From the NCBI GenBank assembly GCA_900088475.1, contig FLMG01001070.1, positions 1 to 64,000 on the forward strand: a stretch of 64,000 nucleotides of DNA. The letters run 5' to 3'. Below, in pieces: positions 52,025 through 64,000 of this stretch. The stretch comes from Hyphochytrium catenoides. Lineage: Eukaryota; Protista; Hyphochytriomycota. A model generated the notes under the pieces. That model saw only the letters and a program-made list of their open reading frames with translations. It did not search any database and was not told where the DNA came from. How positions within the stretch are numbered: position 1 is the first letter of the stretch; each line of letters begins with the position of its first letter. A program made the position numbers and the translations under genes.

Positions 52025-55000
52025 ATGGCGGGAGAAGGTGAGGATCAAGCGGAAATGGCAGCGCAGTCCGTGCTGGTAAGACGCGCAGAACTTGTGGCAA
52101 AGAGAGAAGCGAGTGTCGGATGGACACTGACTTGCCCCTTTCCCAGAACCCAAATGCAAAGGAATTCCAACCCAGTCTTCCCGCCATCTCGGGGCCTATC
52201 CTCCCGCCATCGCTTGCGGGGGAGGGTGCGGACTCTAGTGTAGAGGGTAAGGGAGATAAGCACCTGTGATCAAGCGGCGCGCCTATCTGCACCATGCACT
52301 CGCTTGTCCTGGTTGTCATATCTCGGGGCGGTTGGTCTAAGAAAAGGGATCTTGCATCACGATTGTTTGAGCCTCGACCTCTTTTTCTCTGGTCACTTGG
52401 CTGCTCTTGCTCACTGCGTCTCTTGCTTTTTCTGTTGTTCTCTAACATCAAGGACCAGTCGGGATCGAGGCAAATTGGAGGCAACAAAGCCATTCTCTTC
52501 CTCCTGAAGGAAGGGGAGAAAGGAAAGGGGCTAAGAGGACTAGTGGCAAGGATAAGAAGAAGGGCAGGAAGACAGAGAAAGGAGACAAGCCCAGTGCCTG
52601 CAAGGTTGACTTGCCGCGGTTGTTCTCCTGCATTATCTTCTCGGCGGCAGCCGTTTCTTCATCTTCCTTCTCGTGCGCTGCCCTTGTGCCTGAGCTTCAC
52701 ATGCCCTTGACAAAGCATGCTTTGTTTGACCTCTGTGGAACCTTTCTAGAGTCCCTTGAAGCCCCTCGCACACCCATCTTACTCTCTAATGGACGACTGG
52801 AGCTCTCAGCCCAGTTCGGCGGCTAACACCCCGCCTGCAGCGCCTATCTCTTTCCTTCTTTTGTCATCCTCTCGTGAACTTCTTACTAATCACGTTGTCG
52901 ACTCCCCCTCGGGTTATTCTATGTATGCTTTCCCTATCCTCGTTGGTGGCGTCTTTATGCCCTTAGGTCATTGTATCAAACCTCACGCGGGCAACGGACA
53001 CCGCTGGCTTAGTGGTACTGTTAGAAGGGACATGCGGAAAGGTCAAGAGCTCGGACTTCTCAGATTTGCATGAAGGGCGCGCCACGTTCGGCTCCATAGT
53101 TTTCTGCACTCCCGAAGCGGCAGAAAAGGCACTGGAGGTGGTGCAATACAAAGATCAAGATATCTTGATATCGCGCGAGACCTTTGAGAATGACAGGAAT
53201 GAAGGTAAGAAGCTAGCAGAGCCGGTGGGATGGGTGCATGCAGATATATAAAGAAACATTGATGGAAGACCTAGCCGTCATGATAGAGAGCTCTTTCGAT
53301 ACGGGTAAGGAATGAGGGTTAACAGAAGTCGGGTTAGCTAAACAGCCAAGGAAAGATGTACCCAAACTCTCGAGAAAGAGCGGGCATTTTCCATTCGCAG
53401 ATGGAGGAGCCTATCTAGGACACCAAGATTCTATACTGACCAGACGCTACCCCTGACAGCCAAGCCTGCCACTGCTCCGAATGATATTCTGGTGATAAAG
53501 AATCTTCCATTTAGCTTTAAGATAGAAGAACTGCAGACTACTCTAAATGACTTAGCAGTCAAACCGCTCACAGTCACTTACCATACTGACAGTGGAGGGG
53601 CGTTTAGGGGTGAGCCAAGTCTCTCTTTGGCGTCTGTCATAACAATTATACCTTTTGGAGTCATATCCTTTTGAGATCTTTCCATCATCGTTCTAGAGTT
53701 TTCTCTCCCTTTGTGGTGACACCACCTCATGGCTTCTCACTTCTGCCATCCTCAGGCATCGCATTCGTTCAGTATCAGAGCCTTTACGATGCAGCGGCCG
53801 CGTTTCCTTTGATTCATGGCATGGAGCTTCAGGGCAGGCGCATTAGGGTTGAATATAAAAAGAAGGAGCAAGGGAGCAAGGTAAGCAAACTTTACGGAGG
53901 GAACAATCAAATGACATTCGGACAACTCTGGACTGGGAATTTAAAGGCAAGGGGGTTGGGGCCTTGTGAAGGCATCGGGAACTGTGCTAAGAAACTCATA
54001 GAACTTGTGACTTGAAGGTCAATGGTAAGCCCTGACCAAGGCTGAGAAGCTTGGATGGCATTGAAATGAAAAGAATCTGATGAACCATTTGCTCTCTAGG
54101 CCGCTAATGATGGAGGATCACCTGTCAAAAAAGGTCCGCCCAGTGGAAAGAATGAGGAGCCGTCTGATGATGAAAGCAGAAGGATATACGAGCAGTTGAT
54201 GGCCTACAAAGCCGCGTTGGATGCCGGTCTTATGCAGCCTGAACTTATTTATCCAGTCTATCAGGTCTATGGGGTCTCAGAAAGTGGAGGTGCCGCCGGC
54301 GCTACCTCCCTTCCTCCTGCTGGTGCCTACTCTATGCCTTCCAACCTACGACGATACGTACAGAAGATAGCAGATAAGCTCGGTCTGGTGCACTCCATGC
54401 ACAGCGATAAGGAGAACAAGTAGGCTTTTTTACTTTTTCTTCAAGCACCTCGCCTATTACTTTCGCTTCGTTTTTCCCTACATGAGCCCTGTCTACCTCC
54501 AATCTGAGTGCGACTTTTGCGGACTCAATCGTTACCTCTGTCTCTCATCTCTACGGGCTCTTAACCTGGAGCCCTTAGGAATTTGTACACACTCCTATAA
54601 GTATGGCGATCCCGACTAACTCTATGACGCACCGTTCTTTCTCTCCCATCCTCTGGAGCTTAGGTTCATTGTTATCCGCCCGCCGAAGGGTGTTCCGGTG
54701 CAGGAGGTACTAGGAGGTAGAGTAGGAGGGAAGACGAGTGCTAAACCTCGCCACCGCCGCGTAGATAGCCGAGAAGGAAGAGACTTGAACGGAGATAGTC
54801 CAGTGGGAGCGGGTAGGCATTGCTTATTCCCAACTGTGGCTATTACTATCTTGAGACTGTCACATGCTCCTGCATTTTGGTCTTTTAAGTTGCTAGTGTC
54901 CGTCCTCTCATTTACAGGCCGAGGGGTTTACCGTTTATCCTTTACCGGAAAGGCCTTCGTACCCTTGTCCATCTAGTGGTACTGTCACTTGCTGCTTTCT

Positions 55001-55808
55001 GACGTTTAGTCTTGGCTTTCCGACACCGTGCTCCCTCGTTTTACTCATCTATCTATGAAACATTTAGGCCCTTGGTCAGAAGGCGCCCGTAGACAAGGGT
55101 GTGAGGGCCGTTCTGCGGCCCACAGTAGAAGTGATAGCGTTGGTTCCTGGAGTGAGGGAACTAGGAGGAGCACAGGCACTCCGACCCTCACTACGCCTAC
55201 TGGATCACCAGCTCTGACAGGTACAGGATTACTCTATGAATCGTCAATGCCATAGAACTGACTTCTAAACAAGCGGTCAATATCATTTTGGTGGCCTCTC
55301 TGCCCTGTGTGTTTTATATGTTTCTCCTCTGACGATGTGCTTTCTCTGCAGGCAAGCCAGGCTCTCATCGCGAGCGAGGAATTAGCAACTTATCCCTCCA
55401 GTCCGATAGGTATGCTAGAGGCCCAGATGGCACTAGAGGATTTCCAAACGATCGTGCCAGACCTAAAGCCATAGGTAGGTAGGCTTAGTACAGACAAAGG
55501 ATTGCGCCTAATTCAAAGCTGGAGTTGACTTTGCATGTCACCTTTCGCGTTGACGAGATGTCACGCTATGGCTTGGTACTCGACTCTTTTAACATTCTAT
55601 TCTTGATTGCATAACAACCAGTTTGCCCACGCGGATTTGTTTCCAGCTCTATCTTTGTCCTTCAATCAACGTCTCTAAGCGCAGCTTCGTTCTAGATGGC
55701 AGCAGTAAGGCCTTTATAGTGATCACAAGCAACGGGAGCGCACTACACCCACGGAACCAAGCAGCCCCCAGCGTTCAGAGTAGTCCCCCACAACAGCAAG
55801 CCGGATAG
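52025..55808 (+). CDS. PIN4/Cip1/Cip2-like RNA-binding protein: degenerate RRM, RRM, R3H-like domain and SUZ-C-like motif
   Basis: ILVIKNLPFS..YHTDSGGAFRG|IAFVQY..IHGMELQGRRIRVEYKK; LRRYVQKIADKLGLVHS; YARGPDGTRGF; GT-AG exons; stop at 55808. Confidence 0.8.
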
Positions 55809-56179
55809 AAAGGACCAAAGAAGGAACACCAGGCAAATGCCTTATGGATTCTTAGTAGCAGTATCGGAGCAGTATATTTATAAATATGGCCCGATACCTC
55901 TTCCTTGAAAGGATGTGGACCCTACAAAGGGAGGAAAGAAGAAAGATGCGGCGCTCAACGAGACTATGGACTAATACGATAGTTCATCGGTAGCAGTACT
56001 GCATCAGGCTAGAAAAGAAACTAATGGGGGCCAGGGACATTCTCTTCTCCGTGTCATCTATACGGTGAGGTACCGTCCTTGCTTCTAGCCCAGAAGCGCT
56101 CACCCTAGGAGGAGGTTTAAGGTGTACGTCACAACGGACAGGAGACCATACATCAGTCTATGTACCGTGTGTAACTTCT

Positions 56180-58488
56180 TTATCCCCAATAATCATAATG
56201 CCGACCGCTATCAAAGCCTCCGCCTTGTCTTGTCACGGTGGTCATTAGTCTTCCTGGGGCATAACCACCAGCGCTGACCTGCATGGGTTAGAGTTAGAAA
56301 GGATAACGCTGAGCAAATGAGACAGTTGTCGCTTTGCAAGGGGAGCTGTACTAATGGTATGACCAGGACGGATGAGAGCCCATAGAACGGCGTACGTAGC
56401 CTTACAGAAGACACTGGCGTGTCTGTGGAGTTCAACAGCGACATGACAAGATGATGCGAGAAGGTAGCTAAATACCATCGGGTTGGCAGCATCTTCCACC
56501 GCAGCTATGCCTAGCTCCTTCTCTCTCACTCTTCGCTGCTGCAATTCCTCTCTGAGCCAATATTCCACTGTCTTGAGCAGCGGCGAAGAAGTGCCTGTCA
56601 AACGCAACGAAGGCAGTGAATTAGCCCCCAACGGAGTCAATCGAATCACAAAAGTAAGAGAGCCGAGTCCCTAAACGCTTCATCATCATCGATAGTTATT
56701 AATAGCGATCGTGGGGAGCCGAGATACAAAGTCCCAAGCTACAGGTAGCCCATAGAAGGGGATAATGCGCTTCAGGTATATCATCAAGGATGACGAGCAG
56801 GGTACGAGAGGGTGAACTGGTCACACAGCATAATAAAGAGGATGCGGCATCAGATAGCGCCGACAGCCAACAAGAATAAGGAGCAAAGCCTAGCACAGTG
56901 AGTTGCACAGTTCGTTGGTCCCGTTTACCTTCTCTTTTAAGACTCTGGTAGATGGGGATGTCGCTTATTCTTCCATGGTAGTGTACGCTGCCACCTCTCA
57001 GATATACAATATCGGTAGCCCACTCATCGAGACCATCAAGGATGTTGGTGGCATAAAGAATTGTTACTCCTCTTGTCTCACTCTCTTCCCTCAAAAAGTT
57101 CAGGAGATCTTGACGAACAACCAGGTCCAGAATAGCTGCAAAGCGCGAGTGTAGCCACGATTAGTCAACAGCGGAAGGGCTGGGCTCGCTAAGCCAGGAA
57201 CAACGATCAATACGACGCCATGTCAGAGCAAAGAGTTGCGAGATGAGGTTAAGCTGAGTTTGCCACCGTCAGAACAAGAACTGAAAAGAATCGCAGCTTC
57301 GCACCGGTGACCTCATCCATAAAGATGACCTGTACGGGCCTTAGCAGAGCTAAGAACAGTTGGACTCTGCGCCTTTGACCATCAGAGATCTTGTGCATCC
57401 GCCACTCAGGGTTGATGGAGAGGAGATCCATAAGCTTTTCTCTTCTCTCCGGAAACTCCTACAACATAGCCCGGTTAGCTAGTCAACTCTTTGGTGAAGG
57501 ACGCTGTCGCACCCATCCTCTGAATCTCTTTCTGGATTTCCTGACCGATCAGGCCCTCGACTCTCTCCGATTTCCTTCTCTGTCACTCACAGACGCGCTT
57601 TCTCTCTATCAGTCTGTTGGCCAGAGCTGCGACTGCCACAGATTGCTTATTGAAGTCCACTCACATCCTGCAGCTTCGTCATCATATCCCGCACCGGGAT
57701 ATCTGCAGAATATTGCACACCGTAGCCCGCGAAGGCCACAGTACGAAGGCCCCATTCAGCATCAATGTAGCTAAACAAGCAGGGTGCAGGAATATGTAAA
57801 TGATGAGTACAAAGATTGGCAGCACCAGACAAGACATTCTATCCTATGGCAATCAGTGTGGCAGATTATCTCTGCATCGGACGAGCCTTCAGCAACGCAT
57901 TAAAGCCCAAGAAAGGTGCCCAAGCAGTTTTACTAACGTTCTCTCGTTGTTCAGCGTGGTGTCACGGAAGGCATTCTTGCCAAGCACCTGGACAGCATCA
58001 TCTGCATGCATGTGCTTTCCACCCAAAATCCTTAAGAGAGTGCTCTTGCCTGCGCCGTTGGCACCGACCAGCAGTGTCCTAAGAACAAAGCAGAGGGAAG
58101 GTTTGCGTAAGGGCCCACCAAAGGCTTAGAGTGCCGATAACAGAGTGATTAGTACGGGATACGCAGAGTAGACCGTGGCGCTTCTGATTGGGCGGATTGA
58201 GGCGGCCAGGATAGGTGAGGAGCAAAGAGTTTGACGCTGAGACAATAGCACTTTACAACGAGGAATAGGCTCACCTGCTCGCCCTCTTCACTGACAAAGT
58301 CACATTATCCAGCACCTTGCTGTCCGCATCAGTACCAGCCAATGAGGTAACAGCAGAATATGCGAAGTTGAGATTCTTAACCTGTTATGTTCAAAAGTGT
58401 AGGTAGGTGAGAGCCGCTATTGGCGGTTTAGGCTATCGCAGTTGCTGACCTGACAGGCGGCAGGTGTACTCTCCTCTTGAGGCTGCAT
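56180..58488 (-). CDS. Soluble single-NBD ABC ATPase, CAF16 / plant ABCI19-21-like
   Basis: [66 protein letters not shown]; last exon ..[12 protein letters not shown]. Confidence 0.9.
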
Positions 58489-59156
58489 AATGCCTATCTT
58501 CGTCCAGGAGCTTGGATGGTGAATCCTTCTCGATGTTTAAACCCCGGACCCAGAGGCCGCAAACGTTCTCTACAATAGAACTCAGACTGTGACGTAGAGG
58601 CCTGGCCGCTATCTTGGCCCGTTGTGAGGACTTGTGGACCGCATCTGGCTCCCTGTTGCCCTGACGTGGCGAGGAGATAGTCCATACAGGCGCTCGCTAG
58701 CGCTGACAGCCAAAGGGGCAAGAGCGAGGAGGAGGAGGAGGAAGCAACCCTTCATCATCAAAGGGCAAAAAGCGCTCACGTCACTGTGTAAGAGGGAAGC
58801 TCCGAAGCTCCTCCCTCCCGATGATCATCAGAAGATCCATCAACCAACTCCGTTGTGTACGTCAGACAGCGGGGAAGACATCATCCTCGGCCGAATATAA
58901 AGAGGACTTTCCTCCAGACCGTGCAATAAAAAGCAGGGACAAAGAATTGGGACCACAGATAACACGAAATTAGTGGCAAAGAAAGACCGTCAAGAAACTC
59001 GGGTCGGCGACGGGACATTGTTGGTTTCTTTCTGGGTTTCTCGGGTCTCTAGTCTCAACCTGGTCGTCTGATTCATAAGTCAGTAAGCTTGTGGCTGGTC
59101 CAGGAGATTGCTTCATCATCAGGTCATCACAGACGAATCCTTAGGTTCTCCTCAAC

Positions 59157-60234
59157 GGCGACAGCCCGCGCCAGAGCGTCCAAACAATTCAGGCAACGAC
59201 GCCGGTCAAGGGAGAGACCAGCAACCTCGCCGGTCAAGGCGGCGGTGGAATTGGCGTCAGTTTGGCGCAGAAAGCAGAAAGATATCTGCGTAAAGTTCAT
59301 GATCACGAGGGTGATCGGAGGACCACCGGTAGCCTTCGGGGCCAGGAGGAGAGAGATGCCCTATCCACGGATCTGTGGCAGGCGCCAGGGGATGTGCCTA
59401 GTCTCTCTCTGATGGAGCTCGTTAGCTAGAGCTTATGGGAGCTTGGGGAGGCGCTGACTGAGCTTCATGTGACTCGGTGGGCCAAACTACAGGGTCTACC
59501 TGCATGGGCCTCTGGGACCACAGGAGTCCAGAGGGAGGAGCTAGTCCTTCTGCACAGCTCATTATGAGCCTGGGCGGCCAGCCTGGTTCACAAGAGCGTG
59601 CGCCACCAAGCCAGCAACGCAGACTTTGATGGTCGGGCGTATCTGGATGCGGGAGGAAGTCAGATCATGGGGCTTCTCATGGACTGTTGGCGGCAATGTC
59701 GGCTCCAGCCAGGAGTCTGTTATCGTGGCAGACATGACACGTTGGGACGTTGCACGACAACACTTGACACCAGGGATTCTTTGTGGGAGAGCGCAGCTAT
59801 CGCCACGCGGCGGAGACTGCTTCAGATGGGACATCGTGACTCTGGACATCGCTCGGGTGGTGACGCAGGATCACAGTTCAAGGGAGGCGGCGGCCGACCA
59901 CTCGGTGGACGTCAAGGAAGAGAAGTAGGGGCCTAGGTGGTAGCGGCCCAGGTGGAAGGGCCAACAACACTGAAAGCGCTGGAGACTGCAGTAAGAGCGG
60001 CTCTACTGGCGCGGACACTGATTAGCCCTGGGATAGTCTCTCTGGTAGGCGCTGGGATGGCGGCCAAGGAGCCTTCAGTAATTAAGTCGGTCTCACCTGA
60101 ATCATCTCGGTGCACGCCACTATATCAGAGAGTACGAGCTGGGTGGCGGATTTGGAAAAAAATAGGAGCTAACGGGCTAATCCTAGAGTGGATACGTAAG
60201 GGAGTGAGGATACCATGGCTGGCTGGCACACCAG
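59157..60234 (+). mobile_element. DIRS/Ngaro-like retroelement fragment (gag-like region plus start of pol), left arm of the inverted repeat
   Basis: LYQRVRAGWRIWKKIGANGLILEWIRKGVRIPW resembles the pre-RT motif of tyrosine-recombinase retrotransposons; stops and frameshifts in gag. Confidence 0.65.
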
Positions 60235-61400
60235 GGGAGGTCAGCACTCCCATCATTACTTGTTTGCCAATCTCCTTCTGGCACTGTTCCCTGGTCACCC
60301 CTGTCTCCCGATGCCAGTACCCATAATTGAAAGCTGCTGGTGCCCCAGCCAGCCACGGTATTTTCACTCCTTTTCGTATCCACTCCAAAACTAGCCCGTT
60401 TGCTCCTATTTTCTTCCAACTCCGCCACCTAGCTCGTACTCTCTGGTATAGTGGCGTGCACCGTGATGTATCAGTTGAGACCGACTTTATTACTGAAGGC
60501 TCGTTGGCTAATATCCCAGCGCCTACCAGAGAGACTATCCCAGGGCTAATCAGTGTCCGCGCCAGCAGATCCGCTCTTACCGCGGCCCCCAGCGCTTTCA
60601 GTGTTGTTGGCCCTTCCACCTGGGCCCCTACCACCTCTTCCTTGGCGTCCACTGCGTCCTCGGCCGACGCCTCCTTGAAACTGCGAACCTCCGCCGCCAC
60701 CCGAGCGATGGGCAGAGTCACGATGTCCCATCTCAAGCAGCCTTCGCCGTGTGGCGATAGCTGAGCTCTTCCACACGGAATCCCTCGTGTCAAGTTGTTG
60801 ACGTGCCACGTCCCAACGCGTCATGTCTGCCACCATAGCAGACTCCTCTAGCCGGCATTGTTGGTAACGCCAACGGTCCATAAGAAGCCCCATGATCTGA
60901 CTGCCTCCCGCCTCCAGATACGCCCGACCATCAAAGTGCGTACGCTGTTATGAACCAGGGCTGGCCCAGGCTTGCATGGCACTATGCAAAAGAACGAGCT
61001 CCTCCCTCTGGGCTCCTGCGGTCCCAGCGGCCCATGCAGGTAGACCTTGTTCCGTGAGCTTTGCCGACCGAGTCACATGAAGCTCGGCCAGCGCCTCCTC
61101 GAGCTCCCATAAGCTCTGGCGATGACTAACGAACTCCATCAGAGAGAGACTAGGCACGTCCCCTGGTGCCTGCCAGAGATACGTGGCTAGGGCATCCCTC
61201 TCCTCCTGGCTCCTAAGGCTACCGGTCCTCCGATCACCCTCGTGATCATGAACTATCCGCAGGTACCTTTCTGCTTTCTGCGCCAAACTGGCGCCAATTC
61301 CACCACCGCCTTGCCGGCGAGGTTGCTGGTCTCTCCCCTCAACAGTGTCGTTGCCTAATCCTTGGGGCGCTCTGGCCCCGGCTGTCGCTATCCCGTCCAT
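60235..61400 (-). mobile_element. Second, diverged copy of the same DIRS/Ngaro-like gag-pol fragment, right arm
   Basis: ORF from ATG 61400; WRSWKKIGANGLVLEWIRKGVKIPW..FNYG..EIGKQVMMGVL; colinear with the reverse complement of 59157-60234. Confidence 0.7.
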
Positions 61401-61599
61401 GGGACTCCTTTCTGTCGCAACCTGGCTCAGATGCTTCGGTTGGAGCTCTTGTCGACTTCTCTCGGGCGAAGGTACTCCGAGAGAGGGAAAAGAAGAACTG
61501 AGTGCCGAGTGAGTGAACGAGGCTAGTCAGTTCGTTCCCTCTCTCTTACCAGTCATTCCATTTGTTGGATGCCAGGACCAACACAATAGAATGACGGAA

Positions 61600-62040
61600 G
61601 TGAGTTGAGCGATGATGAACTTATTTGCAATAAGGAACATCATCAACAACAACGATCGAGGAGGACATTATTGATTATTGGAACAATTGTTGCTGTGCCT
61701 CCCTCCTCCTCCCACCAGAAGAAGAAGAAGGACGAACCAAAGAGGACCGAGTGATGCCTGAATAAGCAGCCTCCTCTACTACTACTACTACCACCTCGGA
61801 GTGGTGTTTATTAAGTAACGGCGCGCGGTATTGTTGTTCTTATTGTTGCTGCTGCAGTTATATATCATTCCGATGATGCCAGACGACCGACGCGAGATCA
61901 ACGCGATGCATGGATGATGAAGACGACGACCAGGGAGGATCGATGAAACACGAAGAAGAAGAAGAGGGTGGCGGTGGTGATAATAATCAGCAACAAAAAG
62001 AGGAAGCAGCAGCAAGCAATGTCATCAAAAAGATAGTAGC
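61600..62040. repeat. Low-complexity patchwork of short trinucleotide runs (AAC, GAA, CTA, GAT, AGC)
   Basis: Directly visible. Confidence 0.7.
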
Positions 62041-62815
62041 ACTGCAGTACAAATAGCTATTAGATTCTTCTTCTCTAGTACAAGCTGCTCTCAAGGATCA
62101 CATCCTCAGCAGATCAACAATCATCATGAAGTGCTGCGTGGTGCCTGTGACTTGGTCAGGACTCAGGACCCGAACGACCTTGCTCCCTCCGATGACCAGG
62201 TTAAGACCTGTCAGGGACCCAAAAGAAGACTTGTTGCTTGGGACCTCGTGTGAGAACCTGAAGGACGGACTTCTGAACCGAAAAGTCAATGGAGAACCTA
62301 AATTGTGGCCTGAAGCTGACCCAAAAGACGAGTTGGACCAAGTTAAAAGCATTATCAGACCTGGGCGGGATTTAGAGGAAAAAGTCATGGACGAGGAATA
62401 TCCGAAACTACTGGGCTCACTTGAAGTTGACCCGAACTATCCACCTGTCCTGCAGAAGTTATTGGTTACTAGGAGGCAATCATAGGCAAAAGCGGCTAAC
62501 GGCGATCTGCTGTCATTGATTTTTATTAGAGCTTTGATGATAAGAGAGGAGGAAGGGATGATGTGTGATGCGAGCTCAGTTCTGTTTTGAAGGCCCACTG
62601 AGGCTCAAGAAGGGTGATCGGTAGACGCTGATGAGACTAGAATAATGCAATCTACGAAGCCAATCCCCTGAGGACGTGCACCAACACTCACACCCCGTGT
62701 ATCGCTATGGCGTAATCGGGGTCAGAGGGAGGATGAGTTTCTAAGCTTTGTAGAGACAATGTGGGAGAAGAGCTGAGTGGAGCCGCTCCGTCAGCGGGGT
62801 CATCAACACAAGCCA

Positions 62816-62963
62816 TTGCTTGCCTAATATCTGTCAAGACTACATTTACGTTCTCCTCGGTGGTATAGCTCGCCTAAGTTCCACCCTGCTTGCTTGCCTA
62901 ATATCTGTCAAGACTACATTTACGTTCTCCTCGGTGGTATAGCTCGCCTAAGTTCCACCCTGC
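62816..62963. repeat. Perfect 74-bp tandem duplication just upstream of the IFT144 start codon
   Basis: ttgcttgcctaatatc...gttccaccctgc at 62816-62889 and 62890-62963. Confidence 0.95.
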
Positions 62964-63017
62964 CGTGTTACTATCTTGTCTTATATAAGTCAACTGGCAA
63001 CTGGCGCAGTCAACAGT

Positions 63018-64000
63018 ATGGAGCTTTTCTTTACAATTGACCAGCGCCTGCATGGCAAAGGCCCTATTATATACAAGTGGAATCCACAAGGCTCCTTGGT
63101 TGCCTCCTCCGGCAGCTCTCGGGTCGTACAGCTATTTGACAGCAATGGAGAGATGGTAGACCAAGTGGTCCCTCCGTCACCGAGGTAAATATCTAATATC
63201 CTGGGCCTGTTTAATACCTCGGTTTCTTAGCCTGAAACAAATGCACAGTGTCGTGATGGCCCTAGAGTGGGACAAGAATGGCGTCATCTTAGCAATCATG
63301 CAGGACCATTCACCTATAATTGTGCTATGGCACTCAAGTACGAAGTCCTCACAGCAACTGGATGTCGGAGTGAAGGATCTAACTCTACTGTCGTGGTCGA
63401 GGACAGGGCCTCAGGTAAACTACCCAGACTTAATCTGGACTCTTCTCCCGTCAGCAGGACTAAGTGGAAGCCCTTCAGTTAGCAATCGGGACAGGAAAGG
63501 GCTCTGTAACGCTCTATAATTCTGCTTCAGGAGAGCGATGTACAGCACAAGCTAGGCATAAGAAACGAATCCTTTGTGGCGCCTGGAACAAAGAGAATAG
63601 GTTCGCCTATGGCTCAGAAGATAAGCAGGTACGAGAAGTCTAAAGAGCTCAACTCAAAAGAGCTGTTGCGGTTGCACGCAAGGACGTATCTGGGAGAGGG
63701 AAAGAGGGGGCTAGCGTGGAGGAAGAGGAAGGAAAGAGAAAGAAGGGAGAGTAACAGAAGAAATAGTGCAGTGGAAGTAAATTCTGAGCGGATATCGTCT
63801 CAGATTACCATATGCGATGCCCGTGGAGCGACATTAGACCAAATGAACATCAAGAGCCGACCGTTGGACATCGCGGTAAGGACTTTGATACGTACTGCTT
63901 ATCAGTCAGGCTGTGAGTCCAAGCCCTACACCGTCTCCCGTTGTGGTACTTGACGATTTTCTTGACGCTTAAGGGCGCGTACAGAAAGCATCTGGTCCTT
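63018..64000 (+). CDS. WDR19: WD-repeat intraflagellar transport protein IFT144/WDR19, 5' part (continues beyond the window)
   Basis: MELFFTIDQRLHGKGPIIYKWNPQGS, LEWDKNG..LAIMQ, WSRTGPQ|LAIGTGKG, RHKKRILCGAWN..AYGSEDK. Confidence 0.9.

Noticed and set aside
62854-62890. tRNA-Asp-like 5' sequence (tcctcggtggtatag) in the duplicated unit
   Set aside because: No T-loop/B-box, anticodon arm or acceptor pairing; not a tRNA.
1-64000. CRISPR arrays, rRNA, prokaryotic operons, alternative genetic code, non-canonical introns
   Set aside because: None seen. The reconstructed genes use the standard code, and the introns I checked have GT-AG ends.

Overview
Gene-dense, intron-rich eukaryotic nuclear DNA with GT-AG introns of roughly 50-900 nt and abundant CT/GA microsatellites. 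The organism is a flagellated protist (it has ODA-docking-complex and IFT144 genes); the gene content suggests a stramenopile, but that is inference. About 14 spliced protein-coding genes can be reconstructed by eye: FAD oxidoreductase, aminopeptidase P, organellar bL19, PP2C, an Arb2/FAM172-AGC kinase fusion, an RPA1-C-like OB/Zn-ribbon protein, ODA1/CCDC114, an RPD3-like HDAC with a destroyed active site, a Zn-finger orphan, a Cdc15/SepH/MAP3K-epsilon kinase, a CRT-like transporter, a PIN4/Cip2-like RRM-R3H-SUZ-C protein, a CAF16-like ABC ATPase and the 5' part of WDR19/IFT144. Two accessory regions hold transposon debris. The first (43-51 kb) has a nest of CRE-clade RLE non-LTR fragments with a twin-priming-type 5' inversion, a palindrome and a copia RNase H relic. 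The second (59-61.4 kb) has two diverged DIRS/Ngaro-like gag-pol stubs fused tail-to-tail into an inverted repeat with ~1.1-kb arms. The strongest novelty candidates are the intact-ORF pseudo-HDAC and the Arb2-AGC kinase fusion. Exon boundaries were read manually and are approximate; all family calls rest on motif recall, not database searches.
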